Origin: Candidatus Aenigmatarchaeota archaeon
Lineage (GTDB): Archaea > Aenigmatarchaeota > Aenigmatarchaeia > QMZP01 > QMZT01
Direction: 5' to 3'
DNA length: 64,000 nt
Assembly: GCA_041489155.1 (NCBI GenBank)
Contig: JBGPQP010000004.1
Coordinates: forward strand, 1-64,000
Shown here: in pieces, positions 39,075-46,769 of the stretch
How positions within the stretch are numbered: the stretch's first letter is position 1
Layout: each line of letters starts with the position of its first letter
Notes under the pieces: model-generated
What the model saw: only the letters and a program-made list of their open reading frames with translations
Told to the model about the DNA's origin: nothing
The model's database searches: none
Made by a program: the position numbers and the translations under genes

Positions 39075-39272
39075 CGGCCAAGCATTTTTCTGTATTTTTG
39101 ATTGCAGAAAAATGGGCTAGGCATGCAGGGCTTTGGATTCACAAAGCTTCCAAAGCTTTGAGAACCCCCCACTAAGGGATTTCCGTGAACGCTTTGGCGG
39201 ACGCGGAAGCTCCTTCAGGGGTTCTGTGAAAGAAGAAACCCGGCGACGGCGGTTCGAATCCGCCCGGGGCTA
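39060..39272 (+). tRNA. tRNA-Gln(TTG) with two BHB introns: 39082-39120 (about 21/22) and 39137-39237 (37/38)
   Basis: AGCCCCG/CGGGGCT acceptor; BHB GGCC-AAG/GGCT-AGG and CTTT-GGA/GAAG-AAA; T arm GGCGG-TTCGAAT-CCGCC; one A28.G42 mismatch. Confidence 0.88.
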
Positions 39273-39283
39273 TCCTTTCTCAA

Positions 39284-39688
39284 TCAAATGTGATAAAAAG
39301 TGTAAGTTCCCCTCGTGTCCCTGCCCTGGCCGGAGACTGCGATGGTGATGGTCAGGGGATTGTTGGGCGGGGTTTTGCCCCAGTTGGAGCAGTTCAGGGC
39401 ATAGAGCATCTCTATAGAATACGTCCTGCCGTACTCCTCCTGGAAAGACGTCTTGAGGTCCTCGAGCCTGTTCTCGAAGCTGTCCTTGGTTTCGTTGCAG
39501 TAATAGGTCTCACGTATGGTCTGGTTGAGGCCGCTTAGTATGTTGTTGAAAATCCGGACGTCCATCGCCATGAAAGGCTCGGTGATGTCGACCTCGGAAT
39601 ACTGGAACAATGCCTGCTGGACGATGAATATCATGCCTACGAGGAAAACGATTGCGACAAGAAACAGCTGGCCCTTTTTCTTCCCCAT
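39284..39688 (-). CDS. Type IV pilin-like protein with class III signal peptide
   Basis: MGKKKG|QLFLVAIVFLVGMIFIV N-terminus. Confidence 0.75.
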   Translation of the reverse strand: MGKKKGQLFLVAIVFLVGMIFIVQQALFQYSEVDITEPFMAMDVRIFNNILSGLNQTIRETYYCNETKDSFENRLEDLKTSFQEEYGRTYSIEMLYALNCSNWGKTPPNNPLTITIAVSGQGRDTRGTYTFYHI

Positions 39689-39821
39689 GAAAATAATTTG
39701 CGCGGCTTAAATAAAAAAACGAAAATGAAAGGAACGAGATAAGACAGAGTGCGACGGAGGGGTGAGTCTCGCTATCGCCCCTGTTATTCCTGCCCCTTTC
39801 CCCTTCAAGCGTCGTCCGGGT

Positions 39822-41024
39822 CTAAGCAAGCAAGGGTATGCCGAGTTCCATGTGGATGTTCCTCTCCGGAACCGGCAATGTGTGCGTGACTGCGCCGAGC
39901 GGACCCATTACGTATGGCGATTTGACGCCCGTAACAACAGTGATGACCTTCAGCCTGTTTTTGTAAGCCGGGTCTATCCTCGCGCCCCATATCACCGGAG
40001 CGTCGGGATCCAGCTGCTTCGAGACGTACTCGCCTATCCTGCTTACCTCTTCGAGTTTGAGGTCGTAGCCGCCGGTTATGTGTATGAGCGCGCCTGTCCC
40101 GCCGTGGTAATCCACGTCAAGCAGCGGGTGCGACATCGCCCTTATTATCGCTTCTTCGGCTCGCTCTTTGCCGTCGGATTCGCCGAAGCCTACGGTGGAG
40201 ACACCACCGATTTGCATTATCGCCTTTACGTCGGCGTAGTCCAGATTGACGAGCGAAGGCTGCGATATCGTCTCGGTTATGCCCTTTATCATGTTCGCAA
40301 CCAAGTCGTCGGCGACATAGAACGCTTGTTTCAGCGGAAGGTTGCCTGCTATCTTCAAAAGCCTGTCGTTCTCTATCGCTATAACAGTGTCAGAAACCTG
40401 CCTCAATGCGTACAAACCGTCCTCCGCCTTGTTCATTCTAGCGCCCTCGACCTTGAAAGGCATGGTCACGTTCGCTATTACTATCGCACCCATCTCCTTC
40501 GCTATCCTCGCGATCACAGGCGCCCCGCCTGTTCCCGTTCCTCCACCCATTCCGGCGACAAGGAACAGCATGTCTATGCCTTCCAGCATCTTCTTTATTT
40601 CCCTCTCGCTCTCTTCTGTCGCCTTTTTGCCTACTCCCGGATATCCTCCTGCACCAAGACCCCTCGTTACCTCCCTGCCGAGCAAAAGCTTTTCGTGCGC
40701 ATTGGTCATGCCAAGGTGTTTCGCGTCCGTATTCATCGCCACGGTCTTCGCTCCCAGGATGCCTATGTCGGTCAGCCTGGATATCGTGTTGTTGCCGCCT
40801 CCGCCCACGCCTACGACCAGAATCTTCGCGCCCATCATGTCCAGGTCGAACTCCTCCTTTATCCTCTGGTAGCAGTCTGTTGTCGAGCCACCTCCCTTGA
40901 CCGGCTCAGCCTCTTGCTTCTTGGCCTCTGCCGGCTTGGCTTCCGTTACGGATGCCGTTTCTATCGCCGCCTCCATCGCCTTCACGGCGGTTTCGGCCGA
41001 TTCCTGCGCTTCCGTTGCTTCCAT
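39822..41024 (-). CDS. ftsZ: Cell division protein FtsZ (probably FtsZ2 type) with Ala/Glu/Lys-rich N-terminal extension
   Basis: GVGGGGNN, MNTD, GMGGGTGTG and NLDYADV motifs; RBS GAGGGGTGA. Confidence 0.95.
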   Translation of the reverse strand: MEATEAQESAETAVKAMEAAIETASVTEAKPAEAKKQEAEPVKGGGSTTDCYQRIKEEFDLDMMGAKILVVGVGGGGNNTISRLTDIGILGAKTVAMNTDAKHLGMTNAHEKLLLGREVTRGLGAGGYPGVGKKATEESEREIKKMLEGIDMLFLVAGMGGGTGTGGAPVIARIAKEMGAIVIANVTMPFKVEGARMNKAEDGLYALRQVSDTVIAIENDRLLKIAGNLPLKQAFYVADDLVANMIKGITETISQPSLVNLDYADVKAIMQIGGVSTVGFGESDGKERAEEAIIRAMSHPLLDVDYHGGTGALIHITGGYDLKLEEVSRIGEYVSKQLDPDAPVIWGARIDPAYKNRLKVITVVTGVKSPYVMGPLGAVTHTLPVPERNIHMELGIPLLA

Positions 41025-41180
41025 GCTAACTCACCCCTCATTGAATCTTGCACCCCGCCGCCGGAAATTATATGCTCCATCATTCATTTTCCAGTGTCGA
41101 AATGCTTTTATGTTCTTTTCTCAATTATTTTCCAAGAACTAGCTTATACTCAAGGATAACACCAAAGAACCAAATTCAAT

Positions 41181-41242
41181 GAACTCAATTCGTCGCCAAA
41201 CGAACTGGGTTCGCACGAAGGCAACTTCGCCAAAAGTTGCCT
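41181..41242. promoter_or_regulatory. Twin hairpins with identical loops in the putative ftsZ2 5' leader
   Basis: gaactcaattcgt-CGCCAA-acgaactgggttc and aggcaactt-CGCCAA-aagttgcct. Confidence 0.6.
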
Positions 41243-41495
41243 GTTAATTCCCTTTTTCTGCGCAGTTTAAAACGTTGTCAGTAAATAATTCCATTTTTGC
41301 TATATAAGCTTTTGCTACCCCTTCCGGCGAAAAGGAGGCTTTTTAGGTCTTTTTTCGCTTGCTTCAGGAGGCTCTTTCCCGGCAAAAACAGCGGCGACAT
41401 ATAGCGAAAAGTCCCTGCAGAAAGCTTTATAAAGCATGGATTTAATTACTTATCAGAGATAACACAATTAGAGGTTAAAGGAAAGGGTGTGTGGG

Positions 41496-41981
41496 ATGAG
41501 AAACGCATTCAAAAAATATCTCAAAGGTGAAAGAAACATTTTCATAGATCCAGAAATAAGCCTTGGAGCAAGGCAGTCCTACGTAAACGAAGGCCCTGCT
41601 TACAATTCGCTTGCCGGGCTCTTCCTTGAACTCGGAGGCAAGGTAATAAAAGGCCTGATAAAAGGCCTCACCGAAGAGGATCTCACAGGAGGCAAATACT
41701 ACGGGCCACTCCAGATAGGAAAGAAAATATTTCATCTCGCCAACAGCGCTTACATAGGCGAATTCCTCGATAAAAACGGCGGCAAGTCGGATGAGATAAA
41801 CCTGGGCGCGCAGCACGAAGGCGTAAAGCTCATGAACCCCTTTTCGGCAAAATACGGAGTTCCACCGGGAGAGGTAGCCATACACGAAACACTGCACGAA
41901 AAATTCCCGAATGCAAGCGAAGCCGAAATAACGCAGGCTGCAAGAATGCTTGCGCAGAAATACGAAGTGGCTCTAAACTGA
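41496..41981 (+). CDS. Hypothetical protein with HExxH motif
   Basis: VAIHETLHEKFPNASE; upstream BRE/TATA-like GAAAGCTTTATAAA. Confidence 0.7.
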   Translation: MRNAFKKYLKGERNIFIDPEISLGARQSYVNEGPAYNSLAGLFLELGGKVIKGLIKGLTEEDLTGGKYYGPLQIGKKIFHLANSAYIGEFLDKNGGKSDEINLGAQHEGVKLMNPFSAKYGVPPGEVAIHETLHEKFPNASEAEITQAARMLAQKYEVALN

Positions 41982-41990
41982 AAGGTGTAA

Positions 41991-42968
41991 TTGAAAATGA
42001 ACGCGCTCTCAACAAGACTTTTTGAAGACGGTGAGATAGGAATAGGTATAGCTGGAGGGAAACCCGTCACTCTTAGAGCGCAAAATGCTTCTGCCGGAGG
42101 CGGCGGGACGAACTACGACAACAACTTTGTTTATCCCGGAGTTGGGCGTCTTGCCTACAACGCTCTTGGCATGCTGGGCAGCTTGGCTGGCTATAAGGCG
42201 CTTGAGGCAATTAAATTTCCGAGAGATTCAACAAGAAACGCGCTTAAAGGATCATTCGAAAAGGTCTTTAAACAATATTATTTTTTCAAGGCAAAAAATG
42301 AATTTCCTTTCCTGTCCCAAAGATATGGATTCTTGCAGGGTTCCAGTATTGTTGACAGATATTGTACAATAACAGTCAAGGAGAATGGCGAAGAGAAGGA
42401 AAAGCCTCTCTTGATGCTGCCTCGGGGAGCAGATATAAAAAATGTAAAAGAATTTGGGAAACAATACCTGTTAACTTATTATCAGAATCCCGGACACAGC
42501 GAAAACTACAGCGATGAGCTGAATGATAGACTGAGGGGTATTTTCTTTAATCATCTGTGGGCGCAAACCGGTACCGATTCAAGATACATGAACGGTGATC
42601 TCAGGGAAATGGAGGAATTCAGCAAATTCCAGGCAAAGCTTGCGAGCATAGATATACGCAACATCCATCAGTTGGGCAAATGCGAGGAAATATCCATAGC
42701 AGTACCAGTACAAGGCGGAGGCACTGTAAATAGCACGATAAGAATTTATCACAAGCCATACGGCCTGATGACTTATCTGCCAAACGAAGGCGGAAACTTT
42801 TTATCGGACGTGGTCGACAGGTATCTTTTCAAAATCGTTGAAGCGATAGCAGGAAGCAGAATTGCAAGACAAATATCCGAAGAGGAGCAGTTGAACGCGC
42901 ACGTAAAACTTAGGGCCAACGTCACAGCGACCCTTGGCGGAAGGAAACCACTGGAACATTACACGTAA
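41991..42968 (+). CDS. Hypothetical protein
   Basis: 325-aa ORF, AGGTG RBS, co-oriented with the previous gene; no recognisable motif. Confidence 0.7.
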   Translation: MKMNALSTRLFEDGEIGIGIAGGKPVTLRAQNASAGGGGTNYDNNFVYPGVGRLAYNALGMLGSLAGYKALEAIKFPRDSTRNALKGSFEKVFKQYYFFKAKNEFPFLSQRYGFLQGSSIVDRYCTITVKENGEEKEKPLLMLPRGADIKNVKEFGKQYLLTYYQNPGHSENYSDELNDRLRGIFFNHLWAQTGTDSRYMNGDLREMEEFSKFQAKLASIDIRNIHQLGKCEEISIAVPVQGGGTVNSTIRIYHKPYGLMTYLPNEGGNFLSDVVDRYLFKIVEAIAGSRIARQISEEEQLNAHVKLRANVTATLGGRKPLEHYT

Positions 42969-43025
42969 TAGAAAAAACTTGTTCGCAAGCCCACAAATTT
43001 AAACTTATTAGCCCAATAAATTAAC

Positions 43026-43679
43026 ATGGCCGTGGACATATTCGAGATGCTGGTCGACATACTGAAAATCAACCAGAACCTCGTAAATGAATACTCGAGC
43101 CAGGGCCCGCTTTACCAGCTGTTTTACCTGTTCTTCTTCCCGATGGTTTTCATAATTGTTTTCATCTACCTGCTTTCTAACGCTGTAATGAAGGAGCACA
43201 AAGGCCTGAGGATACTGATATCAGTAGGCATCCTGGCCTTCATAATCCTGCAGGGCTATTACAGCTGGTTCGTCACCATAAGCAAGTTCTGGTTCTTCGG
43301 CCTCATATTCCTGGGATTCTTCTATTTCATAGTAGCCAGAAGAGGGGGAGGGGCGAAGGGCATGACGCTCGGAAGCGAAAAAGGAGGCAGCGCGATTCAC
43401 TTCGTCGAGGAGCTGACCGGCAAGTCTCTGAATCCAATGAAGGCGCTTGAATACAGACAAAAAGCGGAGAGAACGCTGAAGAAACTCCTGCAAAGGAAAA
43501 ATGTCCTAGAGGACAGGATAAGGCAGGTCAAGCACGACCCGAAGGCCGCGGAGCAGGTGTTCATGCAGGTAGGAGAGGTCGACCAGGCGATAGCGCTGAT
43601 AAGCGAGTTCATAAAGAGCGGCGCCTGGCACGATTACGAGGACTGGGTCAAGATCAATTCGAGCAGGTTCGGTCTGTAG
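43026..43679 (+). CDS. Membrane protein with cytoplasmic coiled-coil tail
   Basis: Three TMs starting LFFFPMVFIIVFIYLL, then a helical tail. Confidence 0.75.
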   Translation: MAVDIFEMLVDILKINQNLVNEYSSQGPLYQLFYLFFFPMVFIIVFIYLLSNAVMKEHKGLRILISVGILAFIILQGYYSWFVTISKFWFFGLIFLGFFYFIVARRGGGAKGMTLGSEKGGSAIHFVEELTGKSLNPMKALEYRQKAERTLKKLLQRKNVLEDRIRQVKHDPKAAEQVFMQVGEVDQAIALISEFIKSGAWHDYEDWVKINSSRFGL

Positions 43680-44158
43680 TGATGTTTATGTTCCCTTTCG
43701 ATTTCCTTGGGATGGAGACGCTTCTTCCATTTTTCCTCGTGCTCGCGATAGTCTACGGCGCGCTGGAGGTTTCGAAGGTCTTCACCAACCGCGGCGTCAA
43801 GGCGATAATAGCCGTCGTCTTCGCCTTCTTCTCGGTGATGAACGCGCAGGTCGTCGCCTTCATAAATTCAATCCTCCCTTACGCGGCGGGCTTTTTCGTC
43901 GTGATATTCATAGCCTGGATAGTGCTGAAGCCGCTGAGAGGCAAGGGTGAAGGAAAGAAGGGGATGGATCCCGTCCTGCTCGTGGTCATACTCGTGCTCG
44001 TCCTGATACTCCTCGCGAGGATGCAGACCACGGATTATCTGCCCGAGAATAGCATATTCTCGAACACGAACTTGATCTGGATAGTGGGCATAATAATCGC
44101 AGTGGTCGTGCTCTATAAGGTTTACAAGATAGGCTCCGGCCAGGGCCCCGGACCATGA
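43679..44158 (+). CDS. Membrane protein (PFxLxxAIVYG family)
   Basis: LLPFFLVLAIVYGAL...KAIIAVVFAFF; about 5 TMs. Confidence 0.8.
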   Translation: MMFMFPFDFLGMETLLPFFLVLAIVYGALEVSKVFTNRGVKAIIAVVFAFFSVMNAQVVAFINSILPYAAGFFVVIFIAWIVLKPLRGKGEGKKGMDPVLLVVILVLVLILLARMQTTDYLPENSIFSNTNLIWIVGIIIAVVVLYKVYKIGSGQGPGP

Positions 44159-44245
44159 TGATGAACGCGTCTTCTGCCCTTTTTAAAAAGCGCTATCTGC
44201 CGAGGAAGATATACTTTTATAAAGGTTCTATTACAATAAGTTAAT

Positions 44246-44785
44246 ATGGCAGACGGAGCATTTGCAACCTTATTGCAGAACATGTCAAGGCTGGGATTCT
44301 TCCAGTTCTTGTTTCCGTTCCTGCTTGCGCTAGCGATAGTCTACGGACTTCTCAGTTGGGCACTCAAGGAACAGTTACCGAAATCGGCGAGAGGCGTGAT
44401 AGCGCTTATCATAGCGTTCTTCGTGATGGTTTACTCCAGCTGGAACTCTATGATCGTCACCTTCTTCGCGGAAATGTCAGGCATGTGGCTAGTGGTAGCG
44501 ACAGGGCTGATGTTCATAGTCATACTGCTCGCGCTTGTGGGCTTCGACATCAAGACGCTTACTGCCGGAAAAACCAGCAAGTGGGTAATCGTCCTGCTAC
44601 TGGTCTTCATCGGCATAGTGATCTTCTTCGGAGCCGGCGGGGCATGGCTGGTGAACATACCAGGATGGACTTGGAGCTCGGACTTCTGGACAGTGCTGTT
44701 CTTCATAGTAATACTGGCGGTAGTGATATTCTGGCTAGGGCAGGAAGGCGGAGGCGGGGCACCAGCTGCGGCACCAGCCAAGTAG
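44246..44785 (+). CDS. Membrane protein (PFxLxxAIVYG family), paralog of the preceding gene
   Basis: FLFPFLLALAIVYGLL...RGVIALIIAFF; about 5 TMs. Confidence 0.8.
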   Translation: MADGAFATLLQNMSRLGFFQFLFPFLLALAIVYGLLSWALKEQLPKSARGVIALIIAFFVMVYSSWNSMIVTFFAEMSGMWLVVATGLMFIVILLALVGFDIKTLTAGKTSKWVIVLLLVFIGIVIFFGAGGAWLVNIPGWTWSSDFWTVLFFIVILAVVIFWLGQEGGGGAPAAAPAK

Positions 44786-44885
44786 TTTCCTTTGCTTTTT
44801 GCTTTTATTTTGAATAGTTTTAGCTGTAACTGCGTATTTTTTATTCCAGAAAACAAAGCTGTTTCAGGATAGAACGGGGATTGCC

Positions 44886-45236
44886 ATGAGAAGCGAAAGC
44901 AGGAAGAAGCCGGAAGCCTGGACGAAGATAGCGGGGGAGAGGATTCAGCTGCTGTTCGAGCAGGCGGAAAACGAGTTCAGGAAACATCCGGAGCGTGCGA
45001 AGCGCTACGTCGAGCTCGCCAGAAAAATCGCCATGAGATACAACGTCAGGCTGGCGCAGCGAAGCAATTTCTGCAGGCAATGCAACGCCTATCTCAAGCC
45101 GGGCGTCAACTGCAGGGTCCGAACGAGAAAGGATAAACAGGCAGTCGCCGTCACATGCCTCGCGTGCGGCCACGTGTCGAGGCATCCTTATATACGCGAG
45201 AAGGAAATTAATAAAAAGAGGGGTAAAGGCAAATGA
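44886..45236 (+). CDS. rnp4: Ribonuclease P protein component 4 (Rpp21)
   Basis: IAGERIQLLF, RYVELAR, CRQC...PG...CLACG motifs. Confidence 0.92.
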   Translation: MRSESRKKPEAWTKIAGERIQLLFEQAENEFRKHPERAKRYVELARKIAMRYNVRLAQRSNFCRQCNAYLKPGVNCRVRTRKDKQAVAVTCLACGHVSRHPYIREKEINKKRGKGK

Positions 45237-45487
45237 AGCTCGTCCTGATGCTCGGCATGCTGGTAATCTTCATCTCGTGTTTTTTCATATTCTTCACCTT
45301 CGATTCGATGATAAGAAGCAAGTTCGTCTGCGAGTACCGTGAAAAACTGGTATGCAACGTCGGCCAGCTGAACAGCACCATAGTTTTCGGCATCCTCATC
45401 GTGGGCATGTTCCTTTTCGTGGACACGCTGGTTGTTTACGTCATGATGAAAACCTGGGTGCCTGACCTTTTCGTTTACGGCGGATGA
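45233..45487 (+). CDS. Small two-TM membrane protein
   Basis: 84 aa with two hydrophobic helices; ATGA overlap with rnp4. Confidence 0.65.
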   Translation: MKLVLMLGMLVIFISCFFIFFTFDSMIRSKFVCEYREKLVCNVGQLNSTIVFGILIVGMFLFVDTLVVYVMMKTWVPDLFVYGG

Positions 45488-45509
45488 TGCAAGGCGCATT
45501 CCGGAAAAA

Positions 45510-46169
45510 TCACTCGACGCCAAGCATCTTTCTGGATATCCACATTGCCGGGAATGAAATGAGTATGTACCATATCACAAGGCTCATGTAGGTCCAGCCG
45601 AAAAGGGGGACGCGGAAAGGCAGCGCCACTGCCAGGTTCATTTGCGTTTTGTTCATGCCGAGCGGTTCGACTGACCATCGCAGGCTGCCTGTCTGCAGGA
45701 GGTCGTCCTTGGAATACGCCATGTCGTCGGAGAAATCGCCGTTGCCGTTAATGTCTAGCGTGATTTTTATCTGGTCGTTTATTTTCTCGGCCCTCACTGG
45801 ATAGCTGAAACCGGCGTAGGAAAACTGGCCTGCGCTGATATTCTCGCCGTTCGGCTTCATTTCTATAGCAACGCCTCCGTATGACTGCAGGATGTAGCCG
45901 ATCAGCAGGAGGCCTATGCCCATTGTGACAAACATGGGTTTCATCGTGTTGCGCATCTGCTTCTGGCTCAGCTTCATCATTTCGCTCATGTGCTCATTCG
46001 CCTTCTTCATGTCCTTCTGCTTTTGCGCTTCCTTTGACTTCTCCCTGTAGAATTTCATGTCCTTCTTTATCTGGCGCATCTCCGCCGGCTTGGTCAGAAA
46101 CCTGTAGAGGAAACTGCTGAATATAAAGAAGCCAAGCGAGAAGAGAAATATTTCCTGGTATGGAAGCAT
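45510..46169 (-). CDS. EMC3/TMCO1 (DUF106, Oxa1 superfamily) membrane insertase
   Basis: TM, coiled coil, Met-rich MKPMFVT, WYILIS and terminal RKMLGV. Confidence 0.88.
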   Translation of the reverse strand: MLPYQEIFLFSLGFFIFSSFLYRFLTKPAEMRQIKKDMKFYREKSKEAQKQKDMKKANEHMSEMMKLSQKQMRNTMKPMFVTMGIGLLLIGYILQSYGGVAIEMKPNGENISAGQFSYAGFSYPVRAEKINDQIKITLDINGNGDFSDDMAYSKDDLLQTGSLRWSVEPLGMNKTQMNLAVALPFRVPLFGWTYMSLVIWYILISFPAMWISRKMLGVE

Positions 46170-46191
46170 AAAATCACAATCCTCGAAAATC

Positions 46192-46716
46192 CTAGTGCCT
46201 CAGCACGTCGCCCAGCTCCTCCACTGCTTCCATCATCTTACTTTCCCTGAACTTTATGAGCTTCAGGGTCGAGCCGGTGAGCGACGCGTAAATCGAACCG
46301 AAGTACCTGTTTATCCCCTGCTGCTCAAGCGTCCTCGGGTCGAGCCTCTCGTTGATGTCGGCCTGCCTTTCAAGTATGACTATCGTGTCAGGCTTGAAGG
46401 AGCGGAAAAATCCCTCGGGCACCGCGCCTATGTAGCCGTGGCGCGTGTCGAAGGTGAGGTAACCGTTTATGAGCATGCTGCCCTTCTGCTCCTTGAGGTC
46501 GGCTATGACGGTCTTCTCCATGTCCTCGTAAAACTTCGTGAGCATCTGCCTCGCCGTCTCCGACTCGGCGGCCTGCTCGACGTCTTCGGCGACTTCGCTT
46601 ATCTTGTCGAAATCGACGACCGTGAACTCCTTCTTTCTGCCGGACCTCTGGAGCGCAAGCTCGACTATAGTTTTCCTGTCCAGTTCCCTAAGGCCTGTGA
46701 CGAAAATCAATTTCAT
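46192..46716 (-). CDS. Archaeal adenylate kinase-like protein with degenerate P-loop
   Basis: Adk-like layout (IFVTG...KT, LINGY, GY, PDTIVILE, QQGINR); directly upstream of DUF106; P-loop reads TGLRELDRKT. Confidence 0.7.
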   Translation of the reverse strand: MKLIFVTGLRELDRKTIVELALQRSGRKKEFTVVDFDKISEVAEDVEQAAESETARQMLTKFYEDMEKTVIADLKEQKGSMLINGYLTFDTRHGYIGAVPEGFFRSFKPDTIVILERQADINERLDPRTLEQQGINRYFGSIYASLTGSTLKLIKFRESKMMEAVEELGDVLRH

Positions 46717-46769
46717 GACAACACCCCGAAAATTTTGAATATGCAATTCCGCCTTTTTGAATATAAATA

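Larger units (their letters stand above)
38104..39120 (+). mobile_element. Putative tRNA-Gln-inserted homing-endonuclease element
   Basis: Endonuclease gene bracketed by tRNA 5'-exon direct repeats, with a sharp base-composition shift. Confidence 0.7.

Noticed and set aside
39762..41159. 465-aa plus-strand ORF and similar long shadow ORFs (for example 11433-12527, 9769-10710, 31581-32429, 55543-56421)
   Set aside because: They are antisense to well-supported genes, have no motifs, and are expected from GC-rich codon bias.
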